DNA of 64,000 nucleotides from Elusimicrobia bacterium GWA2_51_34 (GTDB lineage Bacteria; Elusimicrobiota; Elusimicrobia; Elusimicrobiales; UBA9959): NCBI GenBank assembly GCA_001799565.1, contig MGTS01000020.1, positions 1,104 to 65,103 of the forward strand, read 5' to 3'. Shown piece by piece: positions 24,834 to 34,400 of this stretch (position 1 is its first letter; each line of letters starts with the position of its first letter). The notes under the pieces were generated by a model. It saw only the letters and a program-made list of their open reading frames with translations, ran no database searches and was not told where the DNA came from. The position numbers and the translations under genes were made by a program.

Positions 24834-25862
24834 ATGATACGGACACAAATAAAGAAACCGAGACCTGTTCAGTATATCGTGGGAGGAATGGTCGCGGTTA
24901 TCATACTTATCGCGTGGATCCTGCTTCCGCTCATGAGTAATTCTTCCCTTGACGCTTCCGTCTCCGCCGGCAATCCTTTTAGATCCAAAGTGTCCGATAT
25001 CGGGTCTCTGATGGGAGATATCCCTTCAGAAGGTGGGGCGCCCGGCTCGCCTCTAAGCGGGGAAATGACGGATAATCCGGCGACCTCGGGAGAAAGCCTG
25101 ATATCCTCGCTTTTCCAGTCCGAAGCCGGCGATGAGGAAACTGCCGCCGGCGCGGGCGCTTCGGCCGGTGTTTCAGGTTCGCTGTCCGGCAAACCTTCCG
25201 CTTCGGCTCCGGCTCCCTCCTTGGGTGCGGGCCGCGCGAAACTTGCCCCGAAGGCTTCAATTACGGGCGGCAATTCAAATTCCATGTCCACGGGCGGCCC
25301 GCACAATAAATTCTTTGGCAACGGTAACGCGAAAAACGACATTGCGTCCGCGCCCGACCTCAACGCGAACATCGGCCGTGACGCCGCCAAAAAAAGCGCT
25401 CTGGTGGCAATGCTGGGCAATGCCGCGGATAAAAGCAAGTTTGCGGCAAAAACCGGCGGCATGGACGCCGCCAGGGGCGGCGCCGCCTCGGCTTTTGAAA
25501 AAAGCGCCAAGGCCGGCGCATCGGACCTTAATACGGCACTGGAGAGCAACTCGGCAGCTGCAGGGCTCAGCATGGGGCAGGCCGCGCAGGATCTGAAGAG
25601 GAATGACCCCAGCCTGAATTCTCACAAAGTCCAGCTCCCCCAGCCAAAGGTCGTGAAAGTTGATGATACCGACGAGCAACTGAAGAAGATGATAATGCAG
25701 ATGATAATACAGGCCACGCTCGGGCAGATATTCGGGGGTATGGGGCAGATGATGGCGCAGGCTATTAATCCCAACTATATGAGTTACGGCAGGCCTATGG
25801 GTTCTATGGGCGCAGGCTCTATGGGTTATCCCGGCGGAGCGGGTTATAGTCAGCAATACTGA
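24834..25862 (+). CDS. Cluster protein P2: N-terminally anchored low-complexity protein with a Met/Gly/Gln-rich C-terminus
   Basis: It has the TM 'YIVGGMVAVIILIAWILLPLM', a G/S/A-rich middle, the 'NDPSLNSHK' motif shared with P3, and the C-terminus 'MIMQMIIQATLGQIFGGMGQMMAQ..GSMGYPGGAGYSQQY'. The SD is strong. Confidence 0.7.
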   Translation: MIRTQIKKPRPVQYIVGGMVAVIILIAWILLPLMSNSSLDASVSAGNPFRSKVSDIGSLMGDIPSEGGAPGSPLSGEMTDNPATSGESLISSLFQSEAGDEETAAGAGASAGVSGSLSGKPSASAPAPSLGAGRAKLAPKASITGGNSNSMSTGGPHNKFFGNGNAKNDIASAPDLNANIGRDAAKKSALVAMLGNAADKSKFAAKTGGMDAARGGAASAFEKSAKAGASDLNTALESNSAAAGLSMGQAAQDLKRNDPSLNSHKVQLPQPKVVKVDDTDEQLKKMIMQMIIQATLGQIFGGMGQMMAQAINPNYMSYGRPMGSMGAGSMGYPGGAGYSQQY

Positions 25863-25927
25863 AAACAGCTGTATGCGCTTAGCCGTGCGTTCCATCAGAA
25901 TATGCACCGGATTTTAAGGAGGAGTTT

Positions 25928-27463
25928 ATGGGTACTCATGATGACAAAAAAGAAAAAAAAGGCGGGTTCTGGTCGGTTCTTCCAAGGGTTGTAAAGGGGA
26001 GTTCGTCGGCCATGGGCGGCACTTCCTCGGGCTTGGGCTCAGCCGGAGGTTTTGGCGGGCTGTTTGCTACTAAGGCCGGCATACTAGGAGTGGTGCTTGG
26101 AGGGGCCACTATAGCGGCCGGAGTGGGTGTGATCTATAACTTTATCGGCTCGTCTTCCAGGTCCGTTTACACTCCTCAACTGTTTCAGAGCAACTACATT
26201 GAGGAAGAAGCGCGGAAAGCCGGCATGGAAAGGGTTAGGGACAGAAACTCGGCTTCAGCTGAGCAGTCCTCCCTTGACATGTTCAGAGAGCAGGCCAAAA
26301 AAGACGGTCTTAGCGGTTTGGCTGCTGAGGCAGGCGATAGTTCGGATAAAGACGTTTCAGACGAGGCTCTGGCCGGGGATAATTCGGCCGCCCAGAACGC
26401 GGAGCCCGATCCGTACGCTGCCGCGGCGGGCGCCGGTGTACCGAAATTGCAGGCGGTGCCGGGTCTTGGTTCAAATGCCGGCGGTTCGGGCACCAATATC
26501 TCCGGGGGGCCCGGGGGCGGCACAGGCGGCCAGTCCGCTTCCGCTTACAGCCCGTCGTCCGGCATGGGTAAAACCTCGGCTATGAAGGGCTCTTTGGCTT
26601 CCCGGGTGGCCAATTCCCCCAAATATACGGTATCCGGCTTTAATAAACGAGGCGCTTTCGGCCAGGCCAAATACGCCGGCAATATGGGCGCCAGAGCCTC
26701 GTATTCGGCTGACGCCACGGGGGCTAGAACGGCGGCTTCTCAGGCTTTTGTGGGTGAAACCTCCGGCAATGGAGATGTGGGCGCATCCGGCGAGGGAGTG
26801 GGCTTGCAGACTGCTGCGGGTGTTTCAAACGGTGCTGGCTTGAAAAATAATGATCCAAGCCTTAACAGCAACGATTCAACCCCGCCCGTGGTCAGCCCCG
26901 TGGCGGAGCTTGTTAACGATGACATAAAAAAATACACCGACCTGGCGCTGTACGGGATGATGGCGGCCGCCGGTTTAATTTTCGCGACCGGCATTTTCGC
27001 AAAGAAAGCTAATGAGGCTTTGACGGAAGCGGCCACAGCGTCAGCTCTTGGGCCCGCCGGCGCCGCCGCGGTTGCCGCGGCCTTAGCGAAATTTGCGGCC
27101 ATGAAAAACGCGGCTATGCTCTGCGCTATAGCTGCCGCCGCGGCTGCCGGTACCGTTATATTTGCCGGCATTAAACTGATGGGCATTGGACAGAAGACAA
27201 CGGGTATAGTTTATGGAATGGTTGGCGCCGCCCTTATTTATCAGGCCTATGCGGCTTATTCCGGCATAGGGAAGACAGGAACCGCCGCGGATAATGTTGC
27301 CACCCTGAACAAGACCTTCGGTAACAAATGGTCTTCGATGACAAACGCTGGTAGCGTAAAGTTTCTGCCGACAGAGGCAGTGCCACCGCAAACATTGACA
27401 GTGACGCCGATAAATAACTTCCTAGAAGCAATGGGGCTGCCGCCGCGGCCGCCCTTGGGATGA
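25928..27463 (+). CDS. Cluster protein P3: Lys-rich N-terminus, one TM, a disordered spacer and a C-terminal bundle of Ala/Gly-rich TM helices
   Basis: It contains 'MGTHDDKKEKKGGFW', the TM 'ILGVVLGGATIAAGVGVIY', 'SSLDMFREQAKKDG' and 'NNDPSLNSNDS'. The C-terminal hydrophobic segments are 'LALYGMMAAAGLIFATGIF', 'AMLCAIAAAAAAGTVIFAGI' and 'GIVYGMVGAALIYQAYAAY'. The AGGAGG SD is present. Confidence 0.7.
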   Translation: MGTHDDKKEKKGGFWSVLPRVVKGSSSAMGGTSSGLGSAGGFGGLFATKAGILGVVLGGATIAAGVGVIYNFIGSSSRSVYTPQLFQSNYIEEEARKAGMERVRDRNSASAEQSSLDMFREQAKKDGLSGLAAEAGDSSDKDVSDEALAGDNSAAQNAEPDPYAAAAGAGVPKLQAVPGLGSNAGGSGTNISGGPGGGTGGQSASAYSPSSGMGKTSAMKGSLASRVANSPKYTVSGFNKRGAFGQAKYAGNMGARASYSADATGARTAASQAFVGETSGNGDVGASGEGVGLQTAAGVSNGAGLKNNDPSLNSNDSTPPVVSPVAELVNDDIKKYTDLALYGMMAAAGLIFATGIFAKKANEALTEAATASALGPAGAAAVAAALAKFAAMKNAAMLCAIAAAAAAGTVIFAGIKLMGIGQKTTGIVYGMVGAALIYQAYAAYSGIGKTGTAADNVATLNKTFGNKWSSMTNAGSVKFLPTEAVPPQTLTVTPINNFLEAMGLPPRPPLG

Positions 27464-27538
27464 ATCAGTGATGGCGATACAGCGCCGGTATTAAAAGTCG
27501 CAAAGTAAACATAGCGTCTGATATTCAGGGAGGTTCTT

Positions 27539-29023
27539 ATGAACGACAATCTGCCGGAAATAGACTTTAAGGAAAAGAAGAAAGAAAAGAAAGGCCTTCT
27601 CCCCTGGCTAAAGTCCCGCCTGGGCTTTGGCGCCAGAGGTTCCATGGGCGGGGTTGAACAAGCCGGGGGCGCGTTTCGTGGCGCGGCCAAGTTCGGCGCG
27701 TCCTCCGGTATAGGCACCCTGCTGGCGGGTAAGGCGGGCTTGATCGTCACCGCCGCCATCGTGGCCGTGGGGGCGGGGGTTTATATGGCAAACAATAATA
27801 ATGCCCCGTCTACCTCGCAGAGTTCCGCCTTCAGCAAAGCGCCCGATAACTACGTGCCGGCCATACTACGGAGCCAGGCGGCGAACCAGGGATCTTCTCT
27901 GGACATGTTCAAGGACGCTAACAAGAGTTCCGGGATATCATCCGAAGAGGAAGTTGCCAGAAAGGCCGCTGAGGAAGCCGCTATAAAGGCGCGGCAGGAA
28001 GAGGAAGCCGCCAGAAGGGCGGAAGAGGAAGCCGCCAGAAGGGCGGAAGCGGAAGCCGCCCAGTATACGGATGGTAACATGGCGCAGGATATGATAGGTA
28101 AGATGCAGGGGTCTTCCTTAAGTTCTCTTTCAAGTTCTCTTGGCGGCAGCATGAGCGGAGGTAAGAGTATCATGGGACCCAAGGCGAGTTTAACAGGCGG
28201 CGTGGGCGCCGGCTTTAAGGGCTTGCCTAACTTCGACCAAAGGAAGAAGCTGCTCGCCATGAAGGCCAGCTCAAAGCCCGTGTTAAACATGAAGAGGGGG
28301 AGAAGCGCAAAGTTCGGTTCGGGGGCGTATAATCAGGCCCAAGGACTGCGCGCCACGCAGAAATCTTATACCGGCACAAATATTGATGCCGCCCGCGCAA
28401 CCCAGGATAAGGCCTGGGAAGGCTCCACTGCCGAGGGTGGGGTTGTCCCTCCCGGCGCGGGTGTAAGCCCGGGCGGGGCCGGCATTGTACCTTCCTCTTC
28501 ACTTGACAACGGCGGCAGCACCGGCGGCGGCGCACCATCGGGGCCCCCCTCCTCTGAACCGCTTATAGCCGCTGATATGGGTGGTGCGTCGTATGGCCCG
28601 GCACCAGGAGAAGATGTCTCCCCGTGGAAGGAATTGGTCAAAAATCTGATGATCGCGCTATGGCTTTCTATTGGTTTGGCAACCGTAGCTGGTTTTATGC
28701 CTCCGGGACCGTGGAAAGTTGCTGCTGCCGCTCTCGCCGGAATAGCGGCTGCGGCGGTCATCGCTATGGCCGTCATACTAATGGTCGAACACGGTCAGAA
28801 ACTTGCGGGTATGATATACATGACTGCTGGACTTCTAGCTGTTGCAGGCGCCGTAGCAGCGGCTGTATTCATCGCCCCGCCTACTTGGATGTTAATAACG
28901 TTGGCTACATCCGGTATGTTGGGGTTTGTAAGTGGAATGCTGCCGCCGCAGGATCAGATACAACTTGATATACCCATAGCTACAGAGGCGCCTACTACGG
29001 ATCTGCCTGCTGAGGTTCCGTGA
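27539..29023 (+). CDS. Cluster protein P4: paralogue of P3 with an EEAARRAEEEAARRAEAEAA coiled-coil-like repeat
   Basis: It has the same layout as P3: 'KEKKKEKKGLLPW', the TM 'LIVTAAIVAVGAGVYM', 'GSSLDMFKDANKSSG' and four C-terminal hydrophobic helices ('LMIALWLSIGLATVAGF'...). Confidence 0.7.
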   Translation: MNDNLPEIDFKEKKKEKKGLLPWLKSRLGFGARGSMGGVEQAGGAFRGAAKFGASSGIGTLLAGKAGLIVTAAIVAVGAGVYMANNNNAPSTSQSSAFSKAPDNYVPAILRSQAANQGSSLDMFKDANKSSGISSEEEVARKAAEEAAIKARQEEEAARRAEEEAARRAEAEAAQYTDGNMAQDMIGKMQGSSLSSLSSSLGGSMSGGKSIMGPKASLTGGVGAGFKGLPNFDQRKKLLAMKASSKPVLNMKRGRSAKFGSGAYNQAQGLRATQKSYTGTNIDAARATQDKAWEGSTAEGGVVPPGAGVSPGGAGIVPSSSLDNGGSTGGGAPSGPPSSEPLIAADMGGASYGPAPGEDVSPWKELVKNLMIALWLSIGLATVAGFMPPGPWKVAAAALAGIAAAAVIAMAVILMVEHGQKLAGMIYMTAGLLAVAGAVAAAVFIAPPTWMLITLATSGMLGFVSGMLPPQDQIQLDIPIATEAPTTDLPAEVP

Positions 29024-29204
29024 TGGTGGATAACGCGCCGTAATCTGAGTGAGGCTTGGTTTAGATGAAGGATAAACGCAAAAGCGCATGGTTCGGCAAT
29101 GCTAAATCAGCGGCGGTTCGGAATGTGCAGGCAGTGTTGGTTAAGTTGCGCGTGGTTTTATTGTTCCCCCATTTGCTTTATGCGGATGGGGGGGGGAGGT
29201 TTTT

Positions 29205-30731
29205 ATGGGCGGCAAATTTACCGGGAGATATAAAAAGAGAAACCTTCTCGCCTCTTTGTTGCTCATTTTTTTAAAGGGCAGGGCTAAGTATGTGGCCATA
29301 GCGCTGCTGTTGGCCGCTATTTCTTTACCTTTCGTGGTTTCAAGCACAACCCTGAACTGGATGCTGCAACTGCCTGGGGTGACCTCTTTTCTTAGATCGT
29401 TGGGGTTTGGCGGGATTATTTCAGCCATAAACCCCGGGTATTCCGCAGCCGGGTTGCAATCCGCTCTGGATAAAGCCGCGGCCGACAGTTCGCGGGATTA
29501 TTTATGGAATAAGTTTTTAGACAGCCTGAATCCCACTTTGCCGCCGGCGGACGGCCCCTCGTCCATGGCCATGGTTCGCGGCGGGGACGGTGTATTCGGC
29601 CCTCCGGTTTTGGAGGATGACAAATCCGAAGGGGGGCCTGTTAAAGGCGTGGTTAACGCTGAAGAAAGAGCGGCCGGCGGGGGCGGCGGAGCGGTAAATT
29701 TCGGGGACATGCTTTCCAACGCGGCCGGCGGAGGGCTTGATGGCGACCTGCTGGGCCGCAATCTTGCCGGCCGTTATGCCGGGGGCGGTAATTACGGTTC
29801 CGGCCCGTACCTTAACAGAACGCTCATTTCAAAAGGCAGCGCCGCCGGCGATAAACGCGAAAACATGTATGACCGCGTCTTTACCCAGGCGGCGAGTAAA
29901 ATACCGGTGCCGGGCAGGCCGCAGAGAGTAAATGCCAGGCGCATGGGTAAGGTGTCCGGGTTTTCCTGGAGAAATGTGGGTTATAGAACCACCGGCGTGA
30001 AACCTTCGGGTCGGCTTAACAGCAAGGGGCCTATGTATCAGCTTGCCGAAGCATTTTCAATGGGAGCCGCCGCTGTTGGAACAACGGAATCCGCCCCCGA
30101 ATACCAGGCAGCTTATGTGGGCGCCACCTACGACGGCAATAGTGTTAACGGCAATGTTATAACCGGCGGCGGTGGCCCAGGTGGCACAAGCGGCCCAAGC
30201 GGCCCAAGCGGCCCAAGCGGATCCTACACACCGATTGAGTTAGATAAAGATTTTAATGAAATCCTTGACACAGCCGAAGATGCAATAGAGGCGGGGGATA
30301 AGTGTGCCGACGGCTCGGCCGCGCATAGTGGAAATATGACCGCCGCTGCAAAAGCAATAGACGATATTTCTAAAACCTTGGGTGAACCGCCGCCATGCTG
30401 TTTTAATGACGATAAAGTGGAGGCCTGGAACGACAAGCAGGACCAGATGAAGGTTGCCTGTGGTGACTACAATGTTAATGCGCAGGGGCTTGCGGGCGCG
30501 TGCATGCAAGAGAGCCAACCAATAGATTGCGGCCAGTACGATGCCAATAAAATCGTCCCTTGTGGCTCTGAGCTATGCTATGGGGCACCAATTGCTGCCG
30601 CTGCGCTTATAGTAGTAGCTGCCTTACTCATTACTGCTGCTGCTCCTATTATTATCCCCGTGATACTTATCGTTACCGCCGTGATTGCGCTGGTTGCCTG
30701 GGCACACATTATATGGGGGAAGGGGGGGTGA
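29205..30731 (+). CDS. Cluster protein P5: N-terminal TM, Gly-rich region, Cys-rich module and a C-terminal double TM
   Basis: It contains 'YKKRNLLASLLLIFL..YVAIALLLAAISLPFVV', 'GGGPGGTSGPSGPSGPSGS' and a Cys-rich segment with about 9 Cys ('CADGS..PPPCCFNDD..VACGDY..GACMQESQPIDCGQY..VPCGSELCYG'). The C-terminus is 'AAALIVVAALLITAAAPIIIPVILIVTAVIALVAWAHIIW'. Confidence 0.7.
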   Translation: MGGKFTGRYKKRNLLASLLLIFLKGRAKYVAIALLLAAISLPFVVSSTTLNWMLQLPGVTSFLRSLGFGGIISAINPGYSAAGLQSALDKAAADSSRDYLWNKFLDSLNPTLPPADGPSSMAMVRGGDGVFGPPVLEDDKSEGGPVKGVVNAEERAAGGGGGAVNFGDMLSNAAGGGLDGDLLGRNLAGRYAGGGNYGSGPYLNRTLISKGSAAGDKRENMYDRVFTQAASKIPVPGRPQRVNARRMGKVSGFSWRNVGYRTTGVKPSGRLNSKGPMYQLAEAFSMGAAAVGTTESAPEYQAAYVGATYDGNSVNGNVITGGGGPGGTSGPSGPSGPSGSYTPIELDKDFNEILDTAEDAIEAGDKCADGSAAHSGNMTAAAKAIDDISKTLGEPPPCCFNDDKVEAWNDKQDQMKVACGDYNVNAQGLAGACMQESQPIDCGQYDANKIVPCGSELCYGAPIAAAALIVVAALLITAAAPIIIPVILIVTAVIALVAWAHIIWGKGG

Positions 30732-30839
30732 TTGCGGCAGCCTTTAACGGCGGGCCGATAGCCTGCCGGGCGGCCGCTTTCGGAAAGTATGTGCTGCGTG
30801 AGAGGGCCTGAAAGATGGGTTCAATGCCGCGAGCAATTA

Positions 30840-31140
30840 GTTGAGCGTGTTTTTGTTTTGTCTTAAAGCCCGAGGTTTCAAGCCTGGTTTACCCCGTTGG
30901 ATGGCGCCGCCAGTCTCAGCCGCGGACAGCGCCAGAGGCCCGCGGCAGGCCCCGCACTTTGGCCCTCTCGGAAAAAGTGCGGGGCAGGCCAGTGTCACTG
31001 GTCCGCAAAACGGCCAGCCGCCTCCGACAGGATAAAGGAGCGTAGTTCTCTGTTGCAAGTGTCTCTCCGCCGGAGGAGCCCTCTGTTTCAGCGGGCAGCC
31101 GCCGGGTGTGAGCCGCGCACTTAGCAATGGAACTATCGCC
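30840..31140. repeat. GC-rich mosaic of short palindromic modules in the P5-P6 spacer
   Basis: It contains the hairpin CCCCGCACTTT-N13-AAAGTGCGGGG (30950-30984), CCAGTGTCACTGG, GCCGCGG..CCGCGGC and CTCCGCCGGAGGAG. It shares modules with the recN and GYF-gene insertions. Confidence 0.75.
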
Positions 31141-31347
31141 AGGTTCGTGCCCGGGCTTTTGTTATTGGGGTTGAATAGCCGGGCAGATAAACTGCGAGGC
31201 GGTTGGGCGGCAGGTGGGTTGCTTATGGAAAAAATAGATCGATTGAAAGAGACGTTAGGCGTTTTTTTTGCTGTCTAGCCGCCAAGCTGTCCCGCCGTTT
31301 GGTGCCCTTATGGCCTAGCCGGTTATAGGACAATTGGCACTTGGTTT

Positions 31348-31376
31348 TTAGCGGGATATTAGCTAAATTATATATA
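31348..31376 (+). promoter_or_regulatory. Candidate promoter of the giant gene P6
   Basis: TTAGCG, a 17-nt spacer, then TATATA. It lies 100 nt upstream of the ATG at 31476. Confidence 0.3.
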
Positions 31377-31475
31377 AGGAGTGGTGTCTCAGGCAGCGTG
31401 TCTGCAGCGCATTCGCAAGCTGAGCGTACCGGCATCAGCGACATTTTTACTGAGCTTTGATTGAGGGAGGGATTT

Positions 31476-34400
31476 ATGAAACTGAATGATAACGAAGAGA
31501 AAAAAGACGGGCTGCCGCCCATACTGAGCTCGTCTTTTAAAAAAACCGTCTCTTTCGGCAGGACGTCCGGTTTTTTGAAATCTACCGGCAATATCATGAA
31601 AAGGCTTAAAAATCTTTCCAAAAAAGACATGGCTTTTGTGGGTATAGGTCTGGGTGTTCTTGTTATGGCTCCGGTAGCGGAGTATATGATGTCGGGGCCC
31701 CCGGCTGATAATTTGCTTGCTCCGGGTTTCGGCGGAAGAGAGCAGGGCTCGGCCTCAGGGATTTTTGAACCGGGCATTAACGGGCTCAGCCAGGGTTCAG
31801 CGGATGGTTCCGGCGAGGTAATAACCCCTTTAAGCGCAAGGGATCCGCTGTCGCTCATACTTGGTTCACAGTCTTCAGCGCCGCCCATGCCCGCTGCCGC
31901 CGCGCCCAGGGTTGATTTACGCGACGCCATGAAAGACGCGGGCAGGTCCGCGTTTTCCGCGGCCGCGAAATCTGCAGGCGCGCCGACGCCGATCCCAAAA
32001 ATGCAGGGCGCCCTGCGCTCTGTGGGTTCTTTTTTCAGCGGCGGAGAGAGTTCTCGCAGCGCGGATAATCTCAGCGGCGATAAGATACTACAGGACGCCA
32101 GGAACGCCTCAGGCAAGTCAGCGGCCAGATCCATGCTCGGGCCGGTTGCCGCGGCGGGTTATAAAGGCGTGGCTTCCGCGCTGAACAGCTCCAGCAAAGA
32201 CGCTTTTGAGAAACTTCGCGCGAAGGCTGGCAGGTCAGCCGGCAATTTCAGCGGTGAAAGCGCCATAAGTTCGCTGGACAAGGCGGCCGCGGACGCGCTT
32301 AATGCGGGACAAGGGACGGGCGGCGCGGGCGCCGGCGGCAGCGGCGAAAAAACCAAGGACCCTTCAAATTCTACCAATAAAAATGAACACAGCTGGAACA
32401 AAGGGGAAAAGTCGCTGTCGGAGCTGGCGGCTGAAGCGAGACAGAAAGCCGCCCTTGACTGGGAATTCTATAAAAAATACGAGATTCCCAAACAGATAAT
32501 AACAGCCCTTATGGAGAATGTGGTCACCGGCGGACTGATAAAGCCCCTGGGCGATATGGTGAACGGAACCGTAAACAGCATGCTTGGAAATTATCCGCCG
32601 ACTCAATTCTGTTGGCAGCCGGCCGTATGTGATGACGGAGACTGCAGAGAAGCCGTAACAGAGAATAACGTGACCGCGCCTGTTGATCTCTGTGTTAAGT
32701 TCGGCGCAATCGGTTTTAAAATGGAAAAAGCCGGCAAGGAAAGTACTGGAAACTTTCAGGTAAAGAGGTGTATTTGCGGCGAAGGGAACGCGCCTACCAA
32801 TGGCGCGCCTTACATCCCGGGAGGCACAACCCCAGAAGACAGTCCTGACGCGACGCCGGGTAATGCCCAGCCGCAGGTTCCGGACGCCTTCGGTAAGGTG
32901 TTTGCGGATTATGACACCGTTTTGCAGGATATGGTAAATCAGACCGTGGCGGCCGAGTCCAACGCTTCTGATCCAGCCATGGTGGAAGCCAGCGCTAAAA
33001 GCGTGGCCGGCGGTTTTAAAAACATTAATATTAAAGTCAACGACGTGGTGTTTCCGTTGCTGAATTCCGCGAAGACCAAAGCCGGAGCGGATTTAGACGG
33101 GTATTCGGGCAGGGTGGGAGAGACGCAGGCAAAGTTCACCGCAACGCAGGTAAAATATCAGGCCTTCATTCCTCAGGTTGCCGCGTTGGAAAAAGATCTG
33201 GCGGAGAAGAAGTTGAAAATGAAGGTCCATGATGGTATGGAAGTGATTGCCGACGAGGGCACCCTGACAAGGGTGCGCGCGGCCATAGATCTATGGAAAG
33301 GGCAGGGCCCCGTATATTTAAATAACGCGGATGGGCTACTTGCTTCTCACCGGAAAAAAATGACTGATTACGCAAGTCAGCTCTCGCTTGTGGAAGGCGG
33401 GATTGATTCCATACGGAAAAAGCAGTCCGCCGCAAACGACGCGGCGGAGTCCATTATAAGCGGTGAAGACGGCTGGCCGCTTAAATTAAAAAAGATGACC
33501 GGCAGGGGGCAGGACGCTGTTAGCGCAGACAAGGGAACTGAAGCAGTCCCTCCCGTGAAACAGGTGGCAACCGGGCTGCGCGCCCTGGACTGGGACACGC
33601 TTTGGGCGGCGGAGCATAAGTTTGACAGCTCCAGAGTCGCGGCAGAAGAGAAACAGGCGTGGGGTGACTGGCAAAAAAAGATCACCGTGAGCCTGGGCCA
33701 GCCGGACAACTTTGTGTCCAATCTTCTACGCAGCGGTGAAATACAGCAGGCGATAGTGGGTGCACTGCCTGACTTTTCAAATGTAGAGGGCATGCTCTCG
33801 GATACCGAGACTTCTATGGGTAAGACTAAGCGGACGGTGACGGGTTCGGGAGTGGACTCCTGCTACTTCGCGGATGGCGGCTGCGGCGCGGTACCGGAGA
33901 ACCCGGCGAATCCGGTAAATCCTTCAAACCCGGTCAATCCGGACCCAAATACCGGGGGGGGGGCACAGGCCGGTCTTACAAGTTCAGCTAACGCTCTTTA
34001 CAGCACATACAGCGGCAAACTTTCCGCCGCGCAATCCGCTTATGCGAACTTGCCGCCCAAAAATATGATTGACCCTAAATCCCAGGCGGAGTATGGGCCA
34101 TTGCTGGCCCAGGCGGGGAAAAACATGGATGAACTGCGTGTAGCGGTAAAAGAGCTTGAAGGTATTAAGGCCGCCCTGGCTACACCTAACCTCCCGCCGG
34201 CAAAAGTAGCGGAGCTTAAGGCAAAGCTTGCCGCTGCCCAACCCAAGTTGGAAAAAGCGTCCACGGCTGTAGATGCGGGCGTAAAGGCGGCTGCTGACTT
34301 TGCCAGGCTGCACCCTTTATCTCCGGCGGGCGGCCTGACCCTGCAGGGCATTAAATCGGAAGGCACGAAAGCTTTCAATAAGATTATAACGGCCTATGGG

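Noticed and set aside
24869-25907. Antisense and alternate-frame ORFs inside the P2 gene (24869..25573-, 25132..25596+, 25275..25907-), and similar ones in P1, P3, P4 and P6 (for example 31223..32134-)
   Set aside because: Gly/Ala-rich GC-biased genes stay open in several frames. Only the annotated frames have strong SD sequences, TM anchors and motifs shared between paralogues.
30837-31127. Three overlapping ORFs (96, 64 and 75 aa) in the P5-P6 spacer
   Set aside because: They have no SD and Arg/Pro/Gly-rich translations, and they coincide with GC-rich palindromic modules. I interpret them as noncoding repeat DNA.
31336-31353. Sigma54-like TGGCAC upstream of the giant gene
   Set aside because: The -12 element is missing. 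Position GG+12 reads TT rather than GC (TGGCACTTGGTTTTTAGC), so the spacing and sequence do not fit TGGCAC-N5-TTGC.
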